From positions 11,780,001 to 11,844,000 of the forward strand of contig CP158635.1 of assembly GCA_050273025.1 (NCBI GenBank): DNA of 64,000 bases, in the 5' to 3' direction. This stretch comes from Cenococcum geophilum (lineage: Eukaryota). Shown piece after piece: positions 13,613-26,100 of this stretch. Every line of letters begins with the position of its first letter. Position 1 is the stretch's first letter. A program made the translations under genes and the position numbers. The notes under the pieces were generated by a model that had not been told where the DNA came from, searched no databases, and saw only the letters and a program-made list of their open reading frames with translations.

Positions 13613-13712
13613 GCTTACCTAGCTTACCCTAGGCGCTTACCCTAGGCGCTTATTTAGCTTACCCTAGGCGCTTATTTAGCTTACCCTAAGCGCTTACCTA
13701 GCTTATACTAGA
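13613..13712 (+). repeat. Short tandem repeat (GCTTACCCTAGGC / GCTTATTTA units)
   Basis: Directly visible, ~9 sub-units beginning GCTTA. Confidence 0.85.
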
Positions 13713-14099
13713 CACCTTAAGTCGCCTGGTAGCCTTTATAATAGCCTATACCCTAGTCCTTTTTTTGCTATATAGCTTAGGAACTTTTAAAAGTTCTATA
13801 TAAGAAATAACTTCACTAAGATCTATATACTTCCCTACCTTGCCTACAATGTCTTATTGTCGGCAACTCTCTATATTAGAGACGTTGATACTAAACCTAC
13901 TTAAAGAACACATCTGTAAATATTAGTACTGCACACCTATACTTAAAAAGAGGTGCTTTATTAGCTAGCAACTAATTTATAATACTGTTAATATAGTATA
14001 TAAGGGATTGGACGGTTAAATATATAGTAATGTAAAAGAGGACAATATGCTAGTGTGGGTAGAGTTACCGCCAAAGTATTTTATTGTTTGTAGAGTACT

Positions 14100-16671
14100 T
14101 TAGTTAAATACTTTAGCTAGGAATTAGATAGCGCTAAGAGATATAACTCTACTAAAGGCCTGCGACTAAATAGAGCTAAGTTATTAAGATATAGCATTAG
14201 TTGGTTAAAAAAAGGTGTATTTTGTTTTATAGATACTAGGGTATAACTACAAACGGTTGCTACTGTATTGCCTCTTCAATATTAGACATATTAGGCCCCT
14301 TAGCATCCTTAGTCTTCTTTACCTTCTCCGTCAACTAAGCATAATAGTGGACTTATAAACTTACCTAGGTTTGATCTAGGAATTCCTTTACAATATCCTT
14401 TTACCGGACGTTATTGCTCCTTAATAGAATTAGCTTGTTGTTATCCTTTTTTATAAATGCTTATCTTGTTTATTAGGGTAAACCTAATAATTAAGAAGAT
14501 GCGGGCGAACGGGAACCCAATAATGCGCGTGAATAGGAAATTGGTTTTTGGGATAATACGGGTCGAGGGCTTCCGTGTAATAAGGTTGGATGGTTTTTTA
14601 TAGGTAAGAGGTACTGGTCGTATATTCAATTCCTAACGGTAATAGTTCCAGCCTAAGTTAAACATCCTTATATAATTATTAGCTCTACTAAAAAGCGAGG
14701 AGATAGAGTGTTAGGTAATAAATAAAGCTTAGCATTTATTAGGTATTATAAAGTCGTCTCCTTAGAATAGATTAAAGGGTTAAGCTCGGCGAACTTCTTT
14801 AACTATAGTTCTCGCTTTATTTTAGGAGGATTGTTATTATTAAATCCAACTATAGTCCCCGGGCTACTGCATTCTAGTAAATTAAGACTATCGGTCTTAC
14901 TATTGGGATTAAAGGCGGGATAATTAAGACTTTCGCTCCGTATATTCGTAAGGGCCTTTATAAAGTTATTAATATACAGTTTATAGGTTAGGGTGGGGAT
15001 TAGGGTCCTTAGGCCTAACCTATAGCATTAAATATATAATTGGGGCTTATAGTCCTAGACTCTAATATAGAATGCATTCTAGTAAATAAAAGATATATAC
15101 TATAAGGGGGTAATGCTTAAAAACTGCTAGCGAAAGCAGAAGCTTTATATCTTATAATCTGGGGTAATAGTTTGGAATCGCCTTTTTAGGGCTCGCTAAT
15201 GCAGATAGACTTACTAGATGCTATATACAGCCTCTAGCCACTAATACTTATACTTTAGAGATAAGCATATTAGTGGCGACGTTTATTATTTAAGTAAAAT
15301 ATTATAGAGGTAAAGGCGCTATATACTGGGTTCAAATTCAATTTTATATACTGTAGTCTATTATATAGTTTAAGTGTCCCTTAGACTTAGCGCTCTAGCT
15401 CACAAATCTACTATTAAGTTAATATTTATATAGTGTGCGCTAGTGGCGGATAGGTAGCGACTAGAGTCTTATAGATGCTTCTAGCTCTATATATTAGGTC
15501 GCCTATATACCTAAAAGTTGGCAATATATAAATAAAGGATGCCGTGTCCGTAGTGGTAAGCGGAGCTCTCTAGTGTAACCGCTATAGGATTAACTCGCCT
15601 ACCGCCTACTTTATTATCATATAATTAGACTTAATAGTGGCGGGCAGGGCTCTCTAGAGATCGCTATATAACCAACGCGCCTACTACCCACTTTATTGTC
15701 GTATAGTTAGGCCTAGTAGTATTAAGCGGAGCTCTTTAGTATAATCACTGTATTACTAATACGTCTGCCACCTACTTAATTATTGTCACCTAATTAAGCC
15801 TGCTGCCTTGAGATTCTTTAAGGACTTACTCTGCTATTAGAGAGACTCTATTGCACTAAAACTTAGCTATCTTATAGCTTATTAGCTCGTAAACTAGTTT
15901 AGATTCTAGCCTTAATACACTAGCTATTAACCCCACTCGCCTTAATATAATAAGATATAGGATCTGCCGTAACCTAGGAGAAAATTCTTATCTTAGCGCC
16001 TTATAGCACTATTATAGCGATTTAGCCAACGGCCTTAGGCATAAGATGGCTTTAAGGGGTTGCTTAAACTTTGCTATTTTATTTTATAGTCTATAGTAAA
16101 AACGGGTTATCCGTACTTACTCCCTAACACTCCCTATACTATATAGTAGTACTACTATTAAGAGGTCTAGATTATATAATTACCATGCCTATAGGGAGAC
16201 TTTGCTTAGGCTTTATCCTTACAGCTTATAATACGTTAAGTAGCTCCGCTCGCTAATATAGGCGTATAATTTAAGACGCTAAAGTAATTAGAAGATAATG
16301 CTGTCCGATTTAAAAGTTAAATCGCGCTACTAACCTAGGTTTTTCGCTGCATGACCATCTTAAGTAGGGAAAGCGCTGGCGTAACGGTGGTGTGTAAAGC
16401 TAAACGCTAGAGTTACTCACCGTAATGAGGATCCTGTAAGTTAATCCTTATAGATTATTAAACGGCGGCTTAATTAGCCGTGGTGGCCCAAAATATAATT
16501 ACCTAATCCTGTTAGTTATAAAGGACTAACTTGCTAATATATACTAAGCTAAAAGATATAAGGCAATTTATATCGCTAGTTAGGGCTCTATCTTACCTAA
16601 CGTAGAGGATTTTAGTAAAGCCCTTTAAGCATTACACGTTACTATAAGGAAGGAATGTTTAAGCTTACCAT
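14100..16671 (-). pseudogene. Multi-intron hypothetical cargo gene, RIPped, with ~78-bp tandem repeats
   Basis: ATG at 16671, short exons bounded by GTAAG/GTGAG/GTTAG donors, CxxC-like motifs after RIP reversal (CGECQ, GGSCISC), repeats at 15545-15810. 3' extent uncertain; may be two genes. Confidence 0.4.
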
Positions 16672-17654
16672 AGTTAAAGGCGTAGTAATATCTTTTATGT
16701 TATTAGCAGCAGTATTTAAATTAAAATAAAGGGGTGTAGTTTATACGTAGTTTTACTATTAAAGGATATCTAGAACTATAGAAGGAATAGAAAAGGACTA
16801 GCGGTATAGGTAGTATAGACGGTATAAAACTGCGGGAGAGGAATAGTAGTTAAAACTAGAAATAAAACGGCGATAGAAACTATGCTTTTATAGGCGACGT
16901 TAACGTATAGGCCTTTAAAAGCGGCGGTGTTCGCCTATAAATTTATAGTTCTTATTTACTTAGGGGCAAATACTTGAAAAAATATTACTTTTAACCTAGG
17001 GTTTTAATAACTAGTAGTCCTAACACAATATAATTTCTGTTAAGAAGGGCTTAATAAATTGCTATATCCCCAATTTATATAGGGCCACGTTTTGTTTACT
17101 TATGGAAAAATGAAGCTTATAAAAGGTACTAAGTATTTCTAGAGTAGGCCTATACCTATATAAGGAAACTAGATTCTAAAAGCCATTTTGAAAAGCCTTC
17201 CTTCTACATTTTCTGCCTAATGTTCTTAAATATCACGCCGTACTTAACCCGTTTAAATTTAAGCTACGCAAGACTATACGGTAATCTCGATAACTAGCCA
17301 GGCTTTTGCTATAGTTTTTGCTAATATCTTTACTATGTTTCTTTGCGATTACCTAAAAGAAATTATCTATTAGCCACATTTATTGGGCATCTTTTTTAGG
17401 TCTTATAGTATTTTATACACTAAGCTTTTACTATATATTGGAGATTAGTATACTTATAGTAAACTTGGATATAATCGCACATCTAGTGGCGTATAAATGA
17501 GTAGGAATAATATATTAACTACGGAACAGTTCGCTTGCCCTATACTGTTTTACATACGTTTTAACTAAGGCTACTACCTAGCCTTCGCCGCCTAAATCTC
17601 TGTAAAACTTTACTTATGTATAGAAGAGCATAAGATAATAAAATATTATTCTAT

Positions 17655-20051
17655 CTACTCTACTAGTACCTTTAGATCCTTCCTTACTTCCTAAAGCACC
17701 TCCTTTATTTAAGAAGGAAGTTTTTTATCCTTTTCCTTTTGCCTCCTACCGCCTAAAAATACTACCTTCCGTAATCTGTTGACCTAAGGGATTAGTGGCT
17801 AATAGTACGGTGAAAAGTTATCGTCTGCACTTTTAAGAAAATCCCCTTTATTATCCACTTCTCCTTTCTTTATCTTAGCTAGCTCTTCCGTATTTATAGA
17901 ATTCCACTTATTAAACCTATTAACAACGTTGCCTTTCTTATTAGGTCTATTATAGTAAATGTATATCCAGAATAGCACCTAAAAGAACGACTTAAGATTA
18001 TGCCAAGCTAAGTATATCTTGCCTAGGAGCACTCTAATCGCCATAAACGCTCTTATACCGGTCTTGCCCCGCGCTCCTAAAGGCCCTTCTTACTACTCCT
18101 TAATTGCAAGATTAAAGTCGATTAAGAATGCCGGCTAAGAAGGATTATTGTCTTCCTTATTTATTATAAGGTTGCCTATTAAAATATTATATTAGATAAT
18201 GCCGGCCCGCGTATATAAAGACTTATATCCTTTAATACTACCCTTTAGTATAGTAAGCATTGTAGCCTAAGAGCTTGCCTTGTAAAGAGGCTTTCCGTAG
18301 TCCCTAGTAATAATATATTAATATACTCAATTTAAGGTTATAGGGTACCTTTCGCCTTTAGGTAGAGAGCCTAAATATATGCGCTTGCTAGGCGGTAATG
18401 GGGTATTAGTATAGCTAGACGACCTCTTTCTGCTAGAACTTTAGCCTTTTTTGATTTTTACTCTAGCCGGTTTTAGAGGCATTATTAAGTTTTCTGGCTT
18501 ATAGTTTATCGCTCTTGTAATATCTAGCCCCTTACGGACGTTATTGTAAATATTATCTTCTTTACCGCCTATATAAACTGTCTTGTAGTGATAGTACCTG
18601 GCTACGTTAACTACTTCTTTCTCCATTACCTTATATAGCAGTTTACCTTCTTCCTTACATTATAGGTACTGCTATAAGTCTTTAATAACAAGGGGTATCT
18701 TAGAGGTATCCCCCTTACGGTATACTTTCTAGCAAGTAGTTACTTAACTGGCGATACAGCGTGCCCACTTTATAGATTTGTTAAGGATGAGATACTTAGT
18801 CTAATTATTGCGTACGACCTTAATATATTGTTTACTGTCTAATGTTAAAATAGTAGGGTTAAACCTAAGCTGCTCCTTATTTATTTAGAGAAATCCTAAT
18901 ATTACTAAGGTAAATTATAGTCCGTCTTTATTAATATTAAATAGTAATAATATAATGCCTCCTACCCGGTTATACTCCTATAGCCGTATAATAGATTTAT
19001 AGAGGGTAAAGCCTAAGATAAAGCGACGAGTGTCTTAAGCGGTAAAGACTTCTCTTATATATTTCCCTAAATTAAACCATACCTATAAGGGTATATTAGA
19101 GTTTAGATTACTCTTTAGCTCTTTTAGTATAAGTATATATAACTAATAGTATTAAGAGCTTTTGCTAGCTATTGGATTATCTATAAAACTAATATCTAGT
19201 TTTCGCTTTGCTATAGACCCTTATAAGGGCTGCTTAGTATATGTGATAAGCGTTTATTATATCTTTGGGGCGGACCCGTGCTCCTCTATAAAGCCTAAAA
19301 TTAATTTAATTAGGCTACTAAACCACTCTAGGATATTATCTTGCTCTATACTTTTAGGCCAGTTACGCCAGCCGCCCTTGGCGTATAGTAGATTATTCCC
19401 TTCCTTACATTTCTTAAAAACAGCAGCGCTTACCTCTTTAAGACCTTTTACTCCTTTAAAGAATGCTTTATAAAAGCCAGGAATCCCTATATAAAAAGGG
19501 CCTAGCTCCTCCTTTAGAATATAATCTACGTATTCCCTACATTTAGACGAGTTAGTAAAGCTGCTTATATTGCGTAAATATGGGGTTTATTAAATATGGA
19601 GTGGTAGCAGTTAGGGGGGAGGCGTAGACTCTATTATAGTGGTAATAGTATTACTCTAAACGTCCTTATCTAATTCGCGATTAATAACTGTTTTTAGGAG
19701 AGGGGTAAACTATTTAATATTAAAGTCGTTAGAATTAACTAAAGGGAGGAGTTAAAAAAGGTTACTATGAAGAGTGCCGCGGCCAGCGCTAGACGGGAGT
19801 AGTTAAGCAGTGAGAAGGTTTTATAATGCCAGGATAAGGTCGACTATAAGATTTTTAAGCCCTATATATGTTAGAAAGAACCTATAACAGATAAATTAAT
19901 AATTACCTTTATTGCCTATCTAGCGTAACAAGTCTAGAGAGCTAGGGATGCCTAGATCCTAATAAGTTAAGTTAAATAAATTAAGAAAGCTATTTAGTCC
20001 TTCCCTAATAGGGTTTATTTTAATTATCTCTAATTTAAAGAGATTTGCCAT
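17655..20051 (-). pseudogene. FunK1 (fungal protein kinase family) gene, RIPped
   Basis: ATG at 20051; QDTRRFVLGFTLCGSIMRLWEYDRVGGI (~19040-18955), GIIQCDIS.GNLMM..AFLIDFDLAI (~18207-18100), KTGTRAFMAIGVL, HDLESFFWVLFWICIHY (~18003-17955). Confidence 0.9.
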
Positions 20052-20582
20052 TGCAAGCGAACGCGCTAAAAGCTACGTTGGGAGGGCGGGTAGGCAGGCG
20101 GGGAGGGAAGGTTAAAGAGGCTAGTATATAAGGACGGTATAATAGCAAATAAATATAGGGAGGTTAAGAATATATCGGGCGCGTCTTATAATAAGGAAAT
20201 AACTAGGGAGAAAAGTATAAGGAAGAAAGCAAGATGCGAGTAAATATAAGGATTAAAGATTGGGCGTAAAAAAGTTAAGCTAACCTAACGTGGCTTAGAT
20301 TAAGGCTTTGTAAGGCTTAGTTAAAATACTAAGCTATAATATAAGGAGGCAGCGTTTTCTAGTCTATAATTATTGGTTTTAGTTTATTTTATAACGCGTG
20401 AGGCTTATATAGCGAGGCTAAAGAGGAGCCCTTATCTCTTACCCTACCTATTACCCCTTTTAGACAAATTACAAAATCCTAGTTATTATGTCTATTCTAT
20501 TAAATACTATAATAGGATTAAATAATAATAGACTAAAGTAAAATAAAAAGTGGTAAAGAATAATAAGATAAGCGCGTAATAA

Positions 20583-23101
20583 CTAGGAAAAGGTCCTATA
20601 TACACTAAGCGCATAGTTTTAAAAATGCATTTTATACTTAAGGGTCACTTCGCAAACGTTATATCTAATCTTACCCTACTATAGGAGTTTGGAGAGATAA
20701 CTGCCTTAGAAATGTTTTATAACAGCAGCTGGAGTATAGAACTTATATATATGCTTACTAATTGCGAGCTTTTTATTCCCGAGGCAGATAAAGCATATTT
20801 TTAGTCTTTTCTCCTTATATAAGGATAACCTTGCCCTTTTTAGCGCTTTAGCCGCTTCTAAAATCTCAGTATCTTCTTTAATCTTAACTTGGCCAAGGGC
20901 GACATCTATTCTAGACTGTCTCTGGCAATGACTTGGCCGGTACGCTCTGCCCTCCTTAATATTACAGTAATCTACGACCGCATTAATGGCATTATTGTAT
21001 CTACGTATTTTATCTTCTAGTGATATACTAGGTAGCGTTATAATTACTTTAATAAGGCGTTTGTATTCGACCAATCTATTATTACTAGATTTTAAGGTTA
21101 CTTTAATATCCTCGCTAAATATAACCCCGGAAAGTTGCCGCTTAATATCAATTATAGCTTATTCGTTATCCTAATTCTTCTTAATATTTTTTAATAGCGC
21201 ATTTCTCTAACGTTGCCTTTTATTTATGATTTCTCGGCTAAGCTTTTAGTATTCTGTACTTTCTATAGTTTTGCGCTTAAGGCTAAGCTTTAGCTTATTT
21301 TAAACTTTAATTAAGGAACAAATACGCAGGTTCTCGTTTACCGATAAGGATTATTCTATTATTAGGTGCTGTGGCCGCCACAGGTCAATTGATTAGCTTA
21401 TTTAGTATACTACTTTTATTAACTTTTCTTAAGGCTCTAAGCCTTAAATGATTACCTATATATCTACACCAATACGCCGCGGAAGGTAGTGCTTTAGGAA
21501 TGTTTAAGTGTTGGTATGCTATATTATCAGGTTTTGGAGGGCGTTACTTACATTACCTAGGTAGTATAGGCGTTAGAAAGGTTTTAGTAGAACTAGCTCT
21601 ATATAATAAAACTTACTATTTTTGTTAAATGCCTTACCTGCGCCGTAATGGAGACTATATAGGCGCGCAACTTGCTAAAATCCCGTAATTGCGCCAAGGT
21701 CCTTAATCTAGGGCAAAAGAGTTAAGTATAGTAAAGGCTCGTTGAGTAAGACCTTATGGCCGTAGGGGGTTTTAATTAATTGCTAAAATATAGGGATATT
21801 ATCTAGGTTTAAACGGAGTAGTAGCGGTAACTTGTTACGCCTAGGCTTAATATATAGCTTACTAAGCTACTCTATAGACGTTAGATTAGGAGGTGCAAAA
21901 GCTTAGTCAGTAAAGAGAAGGCCTAGGAAAAAGACGTAAGGGCTAAGAATAAGTAAAGGGTTGAAGATAATCTCAGGAATTGGGAAAGTATTACTAGTTC
22001 TCTATAAGCATAAGGTAAGAGGAATAAGGTAGAAAGAGAATATACGCTTCTTTTATACTAAGATATTCCTTAGTGAATTTAAATATAAACTTAAGCATGA
22101 TCTTGTAAGGCCCGCCTTTTAGGTCGCGAATAAATATAACTATTATATATTAGTAGCATAGATTAAGAAGAGCTTTAGGTTGGCTTATAGTGCAAAAGCC
22201 TAGCTATAGTAAGAAATGGACTTGTATCCGATGTCGCCTAACTATATATCTTTTTCTTGTTATAACTAAGTTGGTCTTAAGAACTAGGGCGAGATCCTCT
22301 GCGTTTATAATAGGCTTTTCTCGCTTCTTATTACTTAAGCCATGTTTCTTTACTAGTTTCCGAAGTACCTAGAAAAGATATTTTAGCTCCGCCTTACTTT
22401 ACTAGGCTAAAGGGTTAACTAGGAATGTAATTACCTTATATATCTAGCGGGTTAATTTACTAGCAATTTTCCTATTAGTTACTCTCTTATATATAAGGCG
22501 ATAGTACTTCTAGTATATACTAAGCGAGCTAGAAAGCTTTATCCCGTACTATTTCCTACTCCCCTTCCCTTATTTCTAATTTAGGAGCCAGTTAAAAAAG
22601 CTATAAAGTAGCCGAAGCGAGAGGACTTAGTACATTTTCTTAGGGTCTTTCCTTATATAGGTGTAGTATCTAGAAATAGTTAGCTCTAGGTTAAGCCTAA
22701 GAGAAAGCCGCAGAATAGGTTATTACTTACTAATACTATTAATCTTTAATGCGGTCAAGGAGATTCGTACTACTATTAGCGTAGTCCTACGTCGTAAAAT
22801 TAGATTCCTTAAACTCTTCTAACTATTTAAGGTAGTATTTTAGTAGATAATCTTAATCCTTATAAAGCTATACTTAAGCGGGCGCTTCGTAAGCATTGTT
22901 AGATTTAGCGATACTATTAGCGTTATAGTTAATGCCACTATCGGCATCGCAGTCGGCGTTACTATCGGCATTACTGTCGGTATTACTGTTAAAGACGGTT
23001 AGTTCTGTCCTGTAGCTGTTACCGTCGCTATCTATATCTATATACTTATTATCGGTGACGCTAGACAATAAGCTATAATCTAATAATTAAGCGCGCCGTA
23101 T
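20583..23101 (-). pseudogene. DUF3435 tyrosine recombinase (Starship captain) with C-terminal C2H2 zinc fingers, RIPped
   Basis: LLPWIKDLGAITGF.QVARPYSLRYGAGKAFN (~21720-21623), intron, NVSDALQNLIMQHANTRTFLKHYLPRRIG (~21555-21468), C-terminal KICFICLGN..KHF..CDVC..HKMHFQNHA..H; acidic N-terminus (ORF 22874..23068). Confidence 0.9.
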
Positions 23102-26100
23102 TCTAGGGAGCTAGAAGAGAACTTAGGGTAATGGCGGCGGGAGGGACCTAGAGGGTAATAACGGCGGGAAGGATCTAAAGAGCAATATGGGGTTAAGGAG
23201 ATGGGGGGGTAGAGAATAAGAGAAACGGGGCCTAGATTAAACGGATTAGAGGTAGGAGCTATAGAGTTATATAGCTTTAGCGCCAGGCGCGTGGAAGATT
23301 ATAGTCTACCTATTAAAAAGCAAGGGCATAGGGCGGTAAGCGAGAGGCTTAACGTTAGACCGGCAAGCAGGAGGCTTAGGGCGGCGGGGAGTTTTAGCGA
23401 CGTAACTTCTAAAAACGGCGACAGAACCCTCCAAAACCGGCAGTTAGATCTCCATTTTCTTTTTTAAAAGAGGAAAACTTATAAAAGGGATATATTAGAC
23501 TATTATAGTTATTAGCGGGTTATCTAGTACTATTTATACTAAAGAAGAATAGTAAACTTAGGCTATATATTAACTATAGATAGTTAAACAGCATTACTTA
23601 GAAGGATAGGTATCCTTTACCCTTAATTAGCAAAATCTAAAATAGGATAGGTAATATATAAATCTTTATAAAGATAGATCTAAGATAGGCATACCATTAG
23701 ATTAGAATTAAGGAAGGCAATAAATAGAAGGCAGCCTTTAGGTTAAAGGAAGGACTATATAAACCATTAGTTATGCAATTTAGGCTTATAAATACACTAG
23801 TAACATTCTAAAAGCGTATTAACAATATATTAAAAGAACACTTAGATAAATTTGTTATAGTATACCTTAGCGTCTTAGAAGGAATATATAGGAAGCTAGT
23901 TCCCCTCTAGAGAAGAACTAGCAATTAGTCTCTAAATAGAAGTGGTTAGAAGTATTTATCCTTTAATATATAAAAACTTATTCTACCTTCTACTTACCTT
24001 TAATATACCTTTAACTTACCTTCTACTTACTAGTAATACTATTAATTAGATAATTATACGTTCTAGTTAAGCTAGCTTCTTATAATTCTAATTACTTATA
24101 ATCCGTTAGGAACGTATAGCTATTAATTAACAATAACGGACTATACTCCTATACCCTATAAAGCAACGCCCTTACCGCAAGAGGCTTAGAGAGTCTCCTT
24201 AGAGGAGCGCATTCCCTCTACTTATAAAAGAGTAGACTAAGAAGCCACGGCTAGTCCGTCTAACTTTGCAAGACCTTTAGGAATAATTACCGCGGGGGAA
24301 TTATTAGAGAGGTCGCTATATAAGACCCTATAAAAAACAAAGGAGTTAGAGATACAATTAAGATAAGTATATTAAAACTACTAAGAATAATTGTAAGGAC
24401 AATTAGGGGAAGTATAGACACCCTAAACACAAAGCGGACTTAAAGGGGTAACGCTATACTACGCTGTGACGTTAAAAAAACCTAAATTTCGCATAAAGGA
24501 ACTTAATAAGTACTATAGTGATAGTCTCCGGAACTATAATTGTTTTATCCGTTAATGCAAAACTAAGTTTTAGCTAGATTTAAAACGTTACTCTAATAAG
24601 TATAATTAGATATTAATTGCTTCTACCTTTCTACGTGGCACCGTTAAGAGTTTATAGATACGCTACGAGAAGAAACTTACTACACCCTTTAAATTTAGCG
24701 AACTTAGGACCTGGTTAGTTAATCAGGTCTAAGACCCTACTAATTAAGGGATAGACTATAACTAGCGATACCACAACGCCAAATAGCGGGATGGTTAGAC
24801 TATAGTCCAGTTTATAAACTACTTAGAAGAACTAAAAGACAATATACCCTACTTAAATCTATAGGATAACGCTATATAACTTTACTAGCTACTTATTAAG
24901 CTATAACCTAAGATTTAATAGGCTATATAAGAGAAGGGCAAAATTCCTACCTTTTAAGAAAAGCTTATCTCTAAAGCTACTTGGATTAAGAATACTAAAA
25001 GAGACTATCTAGGTAAGCGAAAGGAATAAGACGCTGACGATAAAGAGCGTAGGACTAGATCTAGCTTTAATAATAGAGGCAGATTCTAACCTAACTACTC
25101 TACAGAAGGATAACGTAAGTAGGCCTTACAGCCCTAGAGCAACGCTAATTAACTCTAAAATAATAATAGGTAGAGACTCAATCCGCAGAAGGGGAACTAG
25201 AAGACACGTACCTATTATAACTGTAGTAAGAAGGGCTATATAAGCCGCTTTTGCTAATAAAAGAAGTAAGAGTTAGCCTAATTAGGAAAAGAGACAGCCT
25301 AGTAAATCTTTACTCCCTTATACTAGGCTAGCAAGAAAAGGAGGGAGTAGACTACCGTATGGTTATTCCTGTCTCTATTTAAGTTAATAATAAATAGGTA
25401 ACGTAAGACTGCCTTATAGACAGCGGCGCGAGTATAGGGTTTATTTTTTAATTACTAGTAAAAGAATTAGATTTGGACCTTAGTGGCTTATAGGTGCGCA
25501 CTATTTAAAGTATTAGAGGCTACTAGATTCCGTGCTATAGGGAATAAACGTTTTCTATTACTAGCTAGGACTATAACGGTCTATAGAACACGTAGGAAAT
25601 ACGCTTCTGCGCCGCAGAAATTAAAGGGTATAACCTTATTTTAGGATACCTATAGCTTCGCCAAGTTAACCCAGATATTAATTGGCCTTTAGCCTCGTAT
25701 TAACACCAAAAGTCTTAATCACGCATTATAATTAAGGATTAAGAGACTTTCCTAAGCCATATATAAGAAGAAGGGTGGGCATATACTATATATGCCACTC
25801 TTAACCCCAAGAATAAAGATATAGGGTAGTTATTTTCGGATATCCGGCTATATACAGTTAAGGAACTAGAGATTCTATAGAAATATACGGACCTAGAAGA
25901 GGTTTCTAATAAAGAGGCTATATAAACCTTACTTAACCCTATATTAGTTAAGCATAAGATAGATATAGGGGACAAGCAACCTTCTTTTAGACTACTATAT
26001 AACTTGTTAGAAAATAAGCTAGCTATATTACGTTAGTATATAGTAGATAATCTTTAGAAAGGATAGATTTGGCCCTCTATAAGCCTAGCAGGGGCACCAA

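Larger units (their letters stand above)
1..23469 (-). mobile_element. RIP-inactivated Starship-like giant transposon, captain-proximal part; distal end lies left of the window
   Basis: DUF3435 gene is the first gene from the right boundary and points inward. It is followed by typical Starship accessory families (FunK1 kinase, DUF3723, patatin). Abrupt switch to gypsy RT sequence at ~23470. Confidence 0.8.

Noticed and set aside
13613..13712. Interstitial telomere repeat
   Set aside because: Units are GCTTACCCTAGGC-like (10/13 bp), not (CCCTAA)n, and RIP would not turn CCCTAA into CCCTAG.
14100..20051. Spok meiotic-driver gene
   Set aside because: The kinase has FunK1 motifs (HDLESFFWV); I could not recognise Spok-specific sequence. 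Only an architectural analogy is reported.
19162..22372. Plus-strand track ORFs 19162..19473, 20986..21174, 22190..22372
   Set aside because: Antisense shadows of the FunK1 and DUF3435 pseudogenes.
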